A DNA stretch of 64,000 nt, taken from assembly GCA_029858565.1 (NCBI GenBank), contig JAOUEV010000001.1, forward strand, positions 128,001 through 192,000. The letters are read 5' to 3'. This DNA is from Nitrospirota bacterium (lineage in GTDB: Bacteria; Nitrospirota; UBA9217). A program made the position numbers and the translations under genes. Under the pieces are notes generated by a model. That model worked only from the letters and a program-made list of their open reading frames with translations, had not been told where the DNA came from and searched no databases. Positions 10,275 through 18,865 of the stretch are shown here, piece after piece (position 1 is the stretch's first letter; every line of letters starts with the position of its first letter).

Positions 10275-12104
10275 CTATGGCACATAGAGCGCCTTCACCA
10301 TGCTGACAATGGCCTTCCAGGAGATTCCCTCGTAGTCCAGCAGTTCACCGGATTTCCCGCTCCTGGGAATACTTCTGATCGCAAGGGAATGGATCGGCAC
10401 GGGACGTTTTGAAAGGGTTGCCCGCACAGCATCGGCGATGCCGCCCTCGGGAACATGGTCTTCCACAACGATGATGCATCCTGTGTCGTCCGCCGCCTGT
10501 CTGATCGTCGCGATGTCGACCGGTTTGACGCTGTAAAGGTCGATCACGCGGATGTATATATCCTCCTTTTTCAGCTCTTCATAGGCCTTCAGCGCCTCAT
10601 GGACCGTAATGCCGGCTGCGACTATCGTCGCCATATCCCCTGAGTTCGACCGCAGGACCTTGCTGCCGCCTATCCAGAAAGCTTCGTCGTTGCGATATAA
10701 AACCGCGGTAGGATTGCGCGTTGTCCTGAGATAGCTGATGCCGGTGAATTGCGCCATCAGTTCCGTCAGTTTTTCCGCGGACACGGCGTCCGAGGGATAG
10801 AGCACCACGCTCCGCTGGACGCTTCTGAACATGGCCAGGTCCTCCAGCCCCATCTGGGAGGAGCCGTCCTCGCCGATCGACACGCCGGCGTGGGATCCGC
10901 AGAACTTGATGTTCCCGTTGGAATAGGCTGCCATGCGCACCTGGTCAAAAGCACGGGTAAAGAAAGCCGCAAAGGTGGATACAAAGGGGGTCTTGCCCCG
11001 GAGAGCCATACCGAGCGCGGCGCCTACCATATTCTGTTCAGCAATGAACATTTCAAAGAACCGCTCGGGATGTTTTGCCTTGAACAGCTCTGCATAGGTC
11101 GAATTGCTCACCTCGCCGTCAAGGACCGCCAGATCGGGATACTGCACTGCAAGGCGCGCCAGGGCCGTGCCATAGGCATAGCGCGTCGCGATCGGTTTGT
11201 CAGGATCATAGAGCGATGCCGGGGCCTTGATACTTTGCTGGTATGCCGGTCTCTCGTTGTCGGGCTTTGTCAGTGAACCGTGAACCGACTTGTCCACGGG
11301 CCCCAGCTCTTTGAGCGCCAGCTCCAGTTCATCCGAATTCAGCGCTTTGCCATGCCAGCCGTTCTTGTTCTCTATGAAAGAGACGCCCTTTCCCTTGATG
11401 GTCCGTGCGATGATCATGCAGGGCTTGTCGCCGGACTTCATTGCCTGGCCATAGGCGGTCTTGATGAGATAAGGGTCATGGCCGTCGATCTCAACCGCCA
11501 GCCAGCCGAATGCTTCTGCCCGCTTTCGGTAGATATCAAGAGCATGTCCGTACATGGTCTCTCCCCGCTGACCGAGCCGGTTCACATCCACGATCGCCGT
11601 GAGGTTCCCGAGCTTATAGTAGGAAGCGATCGCCATGGCCTCCCAGACCGATCCTTCGGCCATTTCGCCGTCACCCAGAAGCACATAGGTGCGGTAGGGG
11701 AGCTTGTCGAGGAACTTCGCGTTCAGCGCCATGCCTACGCCGATCGACAGACCCTGTCCAAGCGAGCCGGTGGCGGCTTCTGTATACCTGAACGCGGGCG
11801 TAGGATGGCCTTCCAAAGGACTTCCGAACTTCCTGAGGCTCATAAGTTCATCGTCGGTGACAGCGCCTGCCGCTGCCCAGAGCGCGTAAAACAGCGGGGA
11901 AGCGTGGCCTTTTGAAAAAATGAGCCTGTCGTTGTTGGGATGGCCGGGATCGTCAAGGTCATAGCTGAAGATGCCGCTGAAGAGAAGCACGGTCATCAGG
12001 TCGGCCGCTGAAAGGGAGGATGTGGGATGGCCGGAACCGGCCCTGGTCGTCGAGACCAGGATATTATAACGGATCAATTTTGCGAGTGCTGATAGATCGT
12101 TCAC
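10275..12104 (-). CDS. tkt: Transketolase (short ~610-aa type)
   Basis: SGHPTSSLS, SKGHA, TGSLGQG, GDGE TPP motif, IAEQNM, GEDGSSQM; GTG start with RBS GAGGAG. Confidence 0.93.
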   Translation of the reverse strand: MNDLSALAKLIRYNILVSTTRAGSGHPTSSLSAADLMTVLLFSGIFSYDLDDPGHPNNDRLIFSKGHASPLFYALWAAAGAVTDDELMSLRKFGSPLEGHPTPAFRYTEAATGSLGQGLSIGVGMALNAKFLDKLPYRTYVLLGDGEMAEGSVWEAMAIASYYKLGNLTAIVDVNRLGQRGETMYGHALDIYRKRAEAFGWLAVEIDGHDPYLIKTAYGQAMKSGDKPCMIIARTIKGKGVSFIENKNGWHGKALNSDELELALKELGPVDKSVHGSLTKPDNERPAYQQSIKAPASLYDPDKPIATRYAYGTALARLAVQYPDLAVLDGEVSNSTYAELFKAKHPERFFEMFIAEQNMVGAALGMALRGKTPFVSTFAAFFTRAFDQVRMAAYSNGNIKFCGSHAGVSIGEDGSSQMGLEDLAMFRSVQRSVVLYPSDAVSAEKLTELMAQFTGISYLRTTRNPTAVLYRNDEAFWIGGSKVLRSNSGDMATIVAAGITVHEALKAYEELKKEDIYIRVIDLYSVKPVDIATIRQAADDTGCIIVVEDHVPEGGIADAVRATLSKRPVPIHSLAIRSIPRSGKSGELLDYEGISWKAIVSMVKALYVP

Positions 12105-12156
12105 AAACTCCTCCTCAAGAAACCCAGCGTTAGAACGCGGACGTTCTGCTCCCGCA

Positions 12157-12672
12157 CTAGGGCAGCAGGCTTTTTACATCCACCGGCGGCTCGTCCTGGG
12201 ACCCTTCTCCCTTGGCCTTGCCTCCGATCTCCAGTCCTGCTTCGCGGTAATAATTGTACCCCGGATACTTGCCCGGCCCGCTGATAAGCAGGTCCTCCTT
12301 CTCATACACCAGGTTCGTGCGGAGATATTCTCCCATCTCGAAGTCCGGCGTGAGCTGGATCGCGCAGGTCGGGCAGGCTTCTTCGCAGTACCCGCAGAAG
12401 ATGCAGCGGGAGAAATTTATCCGAAAGAACTCCGGGTAGCGCCTTCCCATTTGGTCTTCGGTCGCCTGGAGCGAAATGCAGTCCACCGGGCAGGCAACCG
12501 CGCAGAGATGACAGGCAACGCAACGCTCCCGTCCGTCAGGATCGCGGGAGAGAATGATCCTGCCGCGCCACCGGGGCGCGAGCGTGGAGCGCTCCTCGGG
12601 GTACTGGACCGTGATCCGCTTCCGGAACATGGTCATGAAGACCGTGAGTATGGATCGCAGAATACTAAACAT
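12157..12672 (-). CDS. nuoI: NADH-quinone oxidoreductase subunit I
   Basis: Two CxxCxxCxxxCP ferredoxin motifs; TVQYPEE; start at MFSILRS. Confidence 0.95.
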   Translation of the reverse strand: MFSILRSILTVFMTMFRKRITVQYPEERSTLAPRWRGRIILSRDPDGRERCVACHLCAVACPVDCISLQATEDQMGRRYPEFFRINFSRCIFCGYCEEACPTCAIQLTPDFEMGEYLRTNLVYEKEDLLISGPGKYPGYNYYREAGLEIGGKAKGEGSQDEPPVDVKSLLP

Positions 12673-12673
12673 G

Positions 12674-12809
12674 GTTGTTGACACTGAGGACACTGACAAG
12701 GCCTTTGACACAGATAACGGCGGATAGGAGCCTATGAAAATGCTGGATGAATCTGTTACAAATATCACGCATCTTCATAGCCGTTCTCTGAGTCTTCAGT
12801 GTCTACAAC
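12674..12809. repeat. Inverted-repeat element filling the nuoH-nuoI junction
   Basis: GTTGTTGACACTGAGGACACTGA (12674-12696) vs TCTGAGTCTTCAGTGTCTACAAC (12787-12809): 19/23 complementary. Confidence 0.85.
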
Positions 12810-13762
12810 TATCCTTTCATCAGTATCCATGCACCAGTCAGTAGCAAATTCCCCACCGCCAGAGGCAGGCAGACCTTCCATCCAAAGGACATCAGCTGGT
12901 CGTACCTGGGCCGGGGAAGACTGGCGCGCAGCAGGATGAACAGACAGATGAAAAAGAACGTCTTGAGCGTGAACCACACCAGCGGCGGCAGCCAGGGGCC
13001 GAGCCAGCCGCCGAAGAACAGGACCGTGATGAGCGACGAGATCAAGGTGATGCCGAGATATTCGCCGACGAAGAACAGGCCGAACTTGAGGCCCGAGTAC
13101 TCCGAGTGAAAGCCCGCGACCAGTTCGCTTTCCGCCTCGGGCAGGTCAAAGGGCAGGCGGTTGGTCTCCGCGGTCCCGGCGATCAGGAACAGCATGAAGC
13201 CGACGAACTGATAGCGGATGAACCAGCCGTCCCGCTGGGCTTCGATGATGCGGTTCAGGTCAAAGGACCCGGCGAGCATCACCACGCCCATGAGCGACAG
13301 GCCCATGAAGGCTTCGTACGAAAGCATCTGGGCTGACGATCGGAGCCCGCCGAGGATCGAGTACTTGCTTCCCGAGGCCCATCCCGCGAGAACGACGCTG
13401 TACACGCCAAGTGACGACATGGCGAGGAAGAAGAGCAGCCCCATGTTCAATTCCACGACCTGGATGCCCGGAGCAAAAGGCACCACGGCAAAGGACATGA
13501 GCGTGACCGTGACGATAATGGCCGGCGCCATGATGAAGACCGGTTTGTTCGCGAAAGGCGGGACCCAGTCTTCCTTGAAGAGGACCTTGATCATGTCCGC
13601 AACGACCTGGAGCAGGCCGAAGGGGCCGACGCGGTTCGGGCCGTACCGGTCCTGCCAGAGCGCCAGCAGACGCCGTTCGAGCCAGATCAGCATCCCGCCA
13701 ACGGCCAGGAGGGTGAAGAGGACGGCGAAGGAGACCAGTATGTGAGTAAGGCTGTTGCTCAT
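12809..13762 (-). CDS. nuoH: NADH-quinone oxidoreductase subunit H
   Basis: ERR...QDRYGPNRVGPFG, AETNRLPFDLPEAESELVAG, PRPRYDQLM; start at MSNSL. Confidence 0.96.
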   Translation of the reverse strand: MSNSLTHILVSFAVLFTLLAVGGMLIWLERRLLALWQDRYGPNRVGPFGLLQVVADMIKVLFKEDWVPPFANKPVFIMAPAIIVTVTLMSFAVVPFAPGIQVVELNMGLLFFLAMSSLGVYSVVLAGWASGSKYSILGGLRSSAQMLSYEAFMGLSLMGVVMLAGSFDLNRIIEAQRDGWFIRYQFVGFMLFLIAGTAETNRLPFDLPEAESELVAGFHSEYSGLKFGLFFVGEYLGITLISSLITVLFFGGWLGPWLPPLVWFTLKTFFFICLFILLRASLPRPRYDQLMSFGWKVCLPLAVGNLLLTGAWILMKG

Positions 13763-13793
13763 GGCAATACGGATAGAACAGAAGGACCATTGA

Positions 13794-13886
13794 TCGCACG
13801 AAGGCACGAAGTCACGAAGAAAGGCAATTTCACTCTCCTGGTCTTGATCAGAGTTGACTCCTCCGTGTCTTCGTGGCTTCGTGCGA
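13794..13886. repeat. Inverted-repeat element (CACGAAG 8-mers) at the nuoG-nuoH junction
   Basis: TCGCACGAAGGCACGAAGTCACGAAG (13794-13819) vs CTCCGTGTCTTCGTGGCTTCGTGCGA (13861-13886): 23/26. Confidence 0.88.
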
Positions 13887-13907
13887 GACTGCTTTTGACA
13901 TCGTCCG

Positions 13908-16463
13908 CTACATTGTCATCCGAGGATCCTGCTGATCGTCCATCGGTCTTCTCTTGCCAAGAGCAGGCGATAAATTACTCAATTCCTCAGATCCGAAAAT
14001 GAAGTATTGCGGTGATTCTGCCGGGTCTTCACTAAGATCGATCCGGAAATACTCTGATTGGCCGCCTATCATTTTGATCAATCTCGTGCCTGTGCTCTCT
14101 TTGCGAAGGTCTCCGCCCACTTCCTGCTGGAACCTGTTCAACGCCTGGACCGAGTTCCATCCCGGGGACCAGTACCGGGAAATGAGCGGAGCGGGCGGCT
14201 GCTGTTCCGAGCCTTCCATGGAAAAGGCGAGCGGGCTGTCCGCGTCATACGCGGGTTTTGGTTCATGAACGGTTCGGTCGGCGATCATGGAGGTCCTGCC
14301 GCTGTAACGGTGCGACTGGCGGGGAACCTTCTGGCCGGCGATCCGGAAACCTGCAGGAGGCACCAGATCGGCCAGCTCCGCGAAGAGCGGCAGTTCCCGG
14401 CTCATCTTGCGGATAATGTCGTCTAAGGTCGCGAAACCGCCGGGAGCCGGGTGTTGCGTCGCCATCATTATAGCATTGATCCACTTCCAGCCTGCTTGAA
14501 TATCTCCTCTTGGCACGAAGACCTCATTGTACCGCTGCGGCCGGGTCTCGTAATTGATCAGCGTTCCGGATGATTCTGCAAAGGTCGCCGCGGGCAGGAC
14601 AACGTCAGCCTGGTCAGCTGTTCGATGCATGATATGGTCAAGAACGATGATATTCTTCGCTCTTCCGAGGAACTGTTCGACGCTTGCTTCGTCAGCTCTG
14701 CGGTAGAGGTCGTTCTCCAGGATAATGACCGTGTCCGCTAAACCATCCTGCATGACCGTGAATGCCTCGTCAAGGGTCCTTCCGCCAAGGAGTGCTGCAC
14801 CTAGGGTGTTGCATTCATGTACTGCGAATGCTAATTGCACAGCTTTTCCCTTTAGCTGGAGCGCCCGGGCGATGTTCGCTGCTGTTTGTACTACTCCCGT
14901 GCTTTGGCAGCCTGTCCCGGATACGATCAGAGGATGCTTGGCATTCATGAGAACCGTTGCGATCTCTTTGGCAAGAGCGTCAACGTCCTGCCCCCTCACT
15001 TCGGTCCTCTCTCCAGAGGATAAGGGAGGGATATTGGGATCGAGCTTCTGAGATATCGCTGACGCCAGCCGAACAATGTCCTGGATCGGAACGTGCGCTG
15101 TCTTTGCCGCGACATCATCGAGCCGGGTCTCTGCAGGAGAAATGATGTAGACCGGGCTTTTCGCGCTCTGCCCTGCGTTCCGCACGGCATTATCGTCCCA
15201 GAGCGGCAGTTTCATGGCTGCCGCGATCTCGAACTGTTTGTTCCTGCTTGCCTGACGCACTGCAAGGGCCATCAGGGGGGCTGTATTCGGTAGGTCCTCG
15301 CCAAGTATCAGGACAGCATCGGCGGCCTGTATCTCTCGGAGCGAAGGAGAAGAGGCAGGGCTGTTCTTCTGAATGTCGATAATCAGCGAAACAAGGGATT
15401 GTTCCTCGTTCCCAATGCCGCTGAAAAAGCTATTCTCCCCGGCCAGCGTTCTGAGAGCGAAGTTCGATTCCAGCGACGCACGGGGCGAGCCTATGGCTAT
15501 GACGCCTTTTGCTTTGGACAGGATATCGGCGATATGGGTGAGTACCGTCTCTCTATCAGCTGGCTTCCCCCCCTCGCCCCGGCCCTCTCCCGCGGGGGGA
15601 GAGGGAGATTTTACCAGGGGAGTGCGGATGCGCTTATGGCTGTTCACGAACTCGTACCCGAACCTGCCCCGGTCGCAGAGGAAATAACCGTTAATGTCGC
15701 GGTTATAGCGGTTCATGATGCGCCGCAGAGACCCGTATCGTTCACCGGCGATGGTATTGCACCCCACGCCGCAATGGACGCAGATGGACGGCGCCGTCTG
15801 GAGGTCCCACTTGCGGGTGTAATGCTCCTTGAGGGTCTTGTCCGTGAACACGCCGGTGGGACAGATCTCGATCAGGTTGCCGCTGAACTCGCTTTCGAGG
15901 GGGCCGTCCGCGTGCCTGCCGAAATAGACGTGGTCGTGGGCGCCAAAGACGTTCAGGTCCCTGCCGCCGGCCACACCTCGATAGAAGCGGACGCAGCGGT
16001 AGCACTGGATGCAGCGGTTCATCTCATGATTGAGAAAGGGGCCCAGGTCCTGGTTCTGGTGCGTGCGTTTTCTGAAACGGCTCCGCCGATAATTATGGCC
16101 CGTCATGACCGTCATATCCTGGAGATGGCATTCTCCTCCTTCGTCGCAGACCGGACAGTCATGGGGATGGTTCAGCATGAGCTGTTCGACAATGCCCTTT
16201 CTGAACGCCCGGGCTTCGGGGTCGTCCACGGAGATGCGCAGTCCTTCGGAAACCGGCGTCATGCAGGACATGATGATGCGGCCCTTGGCATCCTTGTCAT
16301 CCTTGTACTGCTTCACCGCGCATTGCCTGCATGCGCCCACGGCATGCAGGGCCGGGTGCCAGCAGAAGTAAGGCAGGTCAAAGCCCAGGGAGAGGCAGGC
16401 CTGGAGGAGGTTCTGGTCAGGCTTGACCTGGTGGGGTTTGTTGTCGATAAAAATCGTCACCAT
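13908..16463 (-). CDS. nuoG: NADH-quinone oxidoreductase subunit G
   Basis: FCWHP...GACRQC, HPHDCPVCDEGGECHLQD, CIQCYRC, CVHCGVGC (N7) motifs; E. coli-type long NuoG. Confidence 0.96.
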   Translation of the reverse strand: MVTIFIDNKPHQVKPDQNLLQACLSLGFDLPYFCWHPALHAVGACRQCAVKQYKDDKDAKGRIIMSCMTPVSEGLRISVDDPEARAFRKGIVEQLMLNHPHDCPVCDEGGECHLQDMTVMTGHNYRRSRFRKRTHQNQDLGPFLNHEMNRCIQCYRCVRFYRGVAGGRDLNVFGAHDHVYFGRHADGPLESEFSGNLIEICPTGVFTDKTLKEHYTRKWDLQTAPSICVHCGVGCNTIAGERYGSLRRIMNRYNRDINGYFLCDRGRFGYEFVNSHKRIRTPLVKSPSPPAGEGRGEGGKPADRETVLTHIADILSKAKGVIAIGSPRASLESNFALRTLAGENSFFSGIGNEEQSLVSLIIDIQKNSPASSPSLREIQAADAVLILGEDLPNTAPLMALAVRQASRNKQFEIAAAMKLPLWDDNAVRNAGQSAKSPVYIISPAETRLDDVAAKTAHVPIQDIVRLASAISQKLDPNIPPLSSGERTEVRGQDVDALAKEIATVLMNAKHPLIVSGTGCQSTGVVQTAANIARALQLKGKAVQLAFAVHECNTLGAALLGGRTLDEAFTVMQDGLADTVIILENDLYRRADEASVEQFLGRAKNIIVLDHIMHRTADQADVVLPAATFAESSGTLINYETRPQRYNEVFVPRGDIQAGWKWINAIMMATQHPAPGGFATLDDIIRKMSRELPLFAELADLVPPAGFRIAGQKVPRQSHRYSGRTSMIADRTVHEPKPAYDADSPLAFSMEGSEQQPPAPLISRYWSPGWNSVQALNRFQQEVGGDLRKESTGTRLIKMIGGQSEYFRIDLSEDPAESPQYFIFGSEELSNLSPALGKRRPMDDQQDPRMTM

Positions 16464-16468
16464 AGACT

Positions 16469-16947
16469 TTTAGCCACGGAAGAGGCGGATACTTCTATAA
16501 AAAAGCACAGTAAACCTCTTTTGCGAACGTAAGGATTATCTAAAGTACACGACGGACTATTTTCAATTTATCAGCGAAATTGATGAGAAGGCCTACTTTC
16601 TTGCCGGTGGCCTTCAGGTAATTGATAAGCTGTGCTTCGTGAATCTTTGCCAGCTCAGAAACTGCTTTAAGTTCGACTATGACGGCGTCCTCGACAAGAA
16701 GGTCAGCGAAATATTCACCTACGAGCTTTTCCTCAAAGAATACGCTGATGGGAGCTTGTTGGCCCGCTTGCAGGCCTTTTGAAGCCAGCTTGATCATCAT
16801 GGCATTCTCATATACTTTCTCGGCAAAACCAAAGCCCAGCTGATTATGAACGTCGTAGGCAGCAGAAATGATCTTGTCGGTAATATCGGCAAGATGCAGG
16901 TTCGATTCTGTTGTTGTCATGTGTTATCCGCCTCTTCCGTGGCTAAA
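16469..16947. mobile_element. Putative nuclease cassette: GxxExxY gene between perfect 23-bp terminal inverted repeats
   Basis: TTTAGCCACGGAAGAGGCGGATA (16469-16491) is the exact reverse complement of 16925-16947; flanks TAGACT/TAGATT; interrupts the nuoF-nuoG junction. Confidence 0.7.
16540..16920 (-). CDS. GxxExxY protein (PD-(D/E)XK nuclease superfamily)
   Basis: GFAEKVY motif, ADLLVE, VELKAV (ExK), QLINY, GLLINF; AT-richer than the flanking genes. Confidence 0.92.
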   Translation of the reverse strand: MTTTESNLHLADITDKIISAAYDVHNQLGFGFAEKVYENAMMIKLASKGLQAGQQAPISVFFEEKLVGEYFADLLVEDAVIVELKAVSELAKIHEAQLINYLKATGKKVGLLINFADKLKIVRRVL

Positions 16948-18223
16948 TAGATTTCCAGGGACAATGTTTGTTGTTGATATGCGATTCAAAATCCTCCAGG
17001 AAATACTTCAACGCGCTCTGGAGAGGCTCCACCGCTCCCGGCGCCAGGGCGCAGAAGGTATTGCCCGGTCCGAGAAGCCTGCACTGTTCCGTAAGCAGGT
17101 CCAGATCTGACATTTCGCCCTTGCCTGTCTCAATGGCCTGGAGCGTCCTTTCGATCCATGGCAGGCCTTCGCGGCAGGGCGTGCACCAGCCACAGGACTC
17201 GCGGCGGAAGAACTTTTCCAGACTATGCACGAACCCGACCGGGCAGGTCCGGTCATCGAGCACGGTGATCGTCCCGGTGCCCATGCGGCTGCCCGCTTTC
17301 ATGACCGAGTCGAAGTCCATTCTGACGTTCATGTGATCCGGCGTCAGGAAGTCGGTTGAAGCGCCGCCAGGCATAAATGCCCTCAGGCGGTAACCATCCA
17401 TCATGCCCCCGGCCTGCTCCTCGATCAGGTCGCTGACCATCGTTCCCATGGGCAATTCCCAGAGACCCGGGTTCCTGACCCTGCCGCTGACTCCATAGAT
17501 CTTCGTACCGCTATCATTGATCCCGCCGATCGACTTGAACCAGTCAGCACCGTTGTTCACGATATGGGGAAGGTTTACCACCGTTTCCACATTGTTCACT
17601 ACCGTCGGCCGTCCCCAGAGACCGGAGACCTGGGGAAAGGGCGGTTTGGCGCGCGGGGTGGCGCGTTTGCCTTCCAGCGCATTTATCAAGGCGGTCTCTT
17701 CGCCGCAGATATACCTGCCGGCGCTGGTGTGGATCCGCAGATCAAGCGAGAATCCGGAGCCGAGGATGTTTTCGCCCAACAGCTTATTTTCGTATGCTTC
17801 TGCAATGGCCTTGTTCAGCAGCAGCTCCGCACGGCCGTATCCCTGGCGCAGGAATATGTACGCATGGGAAGCCTGGATCGCATAAGCGGCCACGACGATG
17901 CCTTCAATGAGCTGGTGAGGATCTCCTTCGAGCAGGTAACGGTCCTTGAACGCTCCTGGCTCCATTTCATCGGCATTCACAATGAAGTACTTTTGTTTTG
18001 GCGCGTTCTCACCCATGGGCACAAAGCTCCACTTCATGCCTGTGGGAAAACCCGCGCCGCCGCGACCCCGAAGGTTCGATGCCTTTACTTGGACCTGCAC
18101 ATCCTGCGGGGACATGGTCGAGAGCATCGTACGGACGGCCCGGTATCCGCCGGCCTGCTCGTATTCCATGAGCGATAGCGGGTCCTCGTTGGGCCGGATG
18201 TTCTTTGTCAGTGGTCGTTCCAT
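16943..18223 (-). CDS. nuoF: NADH-quinone oxidoreductase subunit F
   Basis: LRGRGGAGFPTG, NADEMEPG, YICGEETAL, ESCGWCTPCREG. Confidence 0.97.
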   Translation of the reverse strand: MERPLTKNIRPNEDPLSLMEYEQAGGYRAVRTMLSTMSPQDVQVQVKASNLRGRGGAGFPTGMKWSFVPMGENAPKQKYFIVNADEMEPGAFKDRYLLEGDPHQLIEGIVVAAYAIQASHAYIFLRQGYGRAELLLNKAIAEAYENKLLGENILGSGFSLDLRIHTSAGRYICGEETALINALEGKRATPRAKPPFPQVSGLWGRPTVVNNVETVVNLPHIVNNGADWFKSIGGINDSGTKIYGVSGRVRNPGLWELPMGTMVSDLIEEQAGGMMDGYRLRAFMPGGASTDFLTPDHMNVRMDFDSVMKAGSRMGTGTITVLDDRTCPVGFVHSLEKFFRRESCGWCTPCREGLPWIERTLQAIETGKGEMSDLDLLTEQCRLLGPGNTFCALAPGAVEPLQSALKYFLEDFESHINNKHCPWKSI

Positions 18224-18232
18224 AGAATCTTA

Positions 18233-18325
18233 TTTAGACACTGAGGACACTGAAAAAATATGAATGACTCAACATCAGAAGTTTCTTCGTCTTCTCATAT
18301 GTTGTCAGTGTCCTCAGTGTCTAAA
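18233..18325. repeat. Perfect 21-bp inverted-repeat element at the nuoE-nuoF junction
   Basis: TTTAGACACTGAGGACACTGA (18233-18253) / TCAGTGTCCTCAGTGTCTAAA (18305-18325). Confidence 0.92.
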
Positions 18326-18326
18326 A

Positions 18327-18791
18327 TCAGCTGTATTTGCTTAATATCTCATCAATTGTTTCCGGCGTCACCGGTCCGAACAGTTCGTCGTCCACCATCA
18401 TGGCAGGCGCGCGGTCGCAGGCGCCGAGGCATGAGGCAGGGAGGAGCGTGAACCTGTTGTCTCCGGTTGTCTCGCCGTATCCGATCCCGAGCTTTGTGCT
18501 GATCAGCTTATACAGGTCATCATGCCCCAGGGACCAGCAGACCATGCTGTCGCAGAGCGCGATCACATGGCGGCCGACAGGCTTGCGGAAGATGAAGCTG
18601 TAGAACGTGGCAACAGCGTCCAGTTCGGCAGGCGTCATGGAGAGCTGCGCTGCAACATCCCGCAGGCTCGCGTCGGATACCCATCCTCGCTTTTTCTGCA
18701 CCACGCGCAAGGCCTCGATGGCCGCCGCTTCCGGCCGTTCGCAGTGCTTCAGTTCCTCGGATATTTCCTGTTTTTCCTGCTCAGTCAGCAT
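18327..18791 (-). CDS. nuoE: NADH-quinone oxidoreductase subunit E
   Basis: VATFYS, CDSMVC, CLGAC...AP [2Fe-2S] motifs. Confidence 0.96.
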   Translation of the reverse strand: MLTEQEKQEISEELKHCERPEAAAIEALRVVQKKRGWVSDASLRDVAAQLSMTPAELDAVATFYSFIFRKPVGRHVIALCDSMVCWSLGHDDLYKLISTKLGIGYGETTGDNRFTLLPASCLGACDRAPAMMVDDELFGPVTPETIDEILSKYS

Positions 18792-18865
18792 ATCCAGTCA
18801 ATTCCTGCCTCCAGGGGGGAGAGGGGCCTATATATCTGATCTTACCCTGCGTCTCCGTGTCCAAT

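Noticed and set aside
12673-12768. N-terminal extensions in the ORF track (nuoI; likewise engB, nuoH, the DUF3786-like gene, tupA, fabG)
   Set aside because: The extensions are translations of intergenic repeat elements. Recognisable protein sequence begins at the inner start codons.
16469-16947. Classical IS element call
   Set aside because: No DDE, HUH or serine/tyrosine recombinase motifs, and the ORF is a PD-(D/E)XK-type protein. Mobility is a hypothesis, not an IS assignment.
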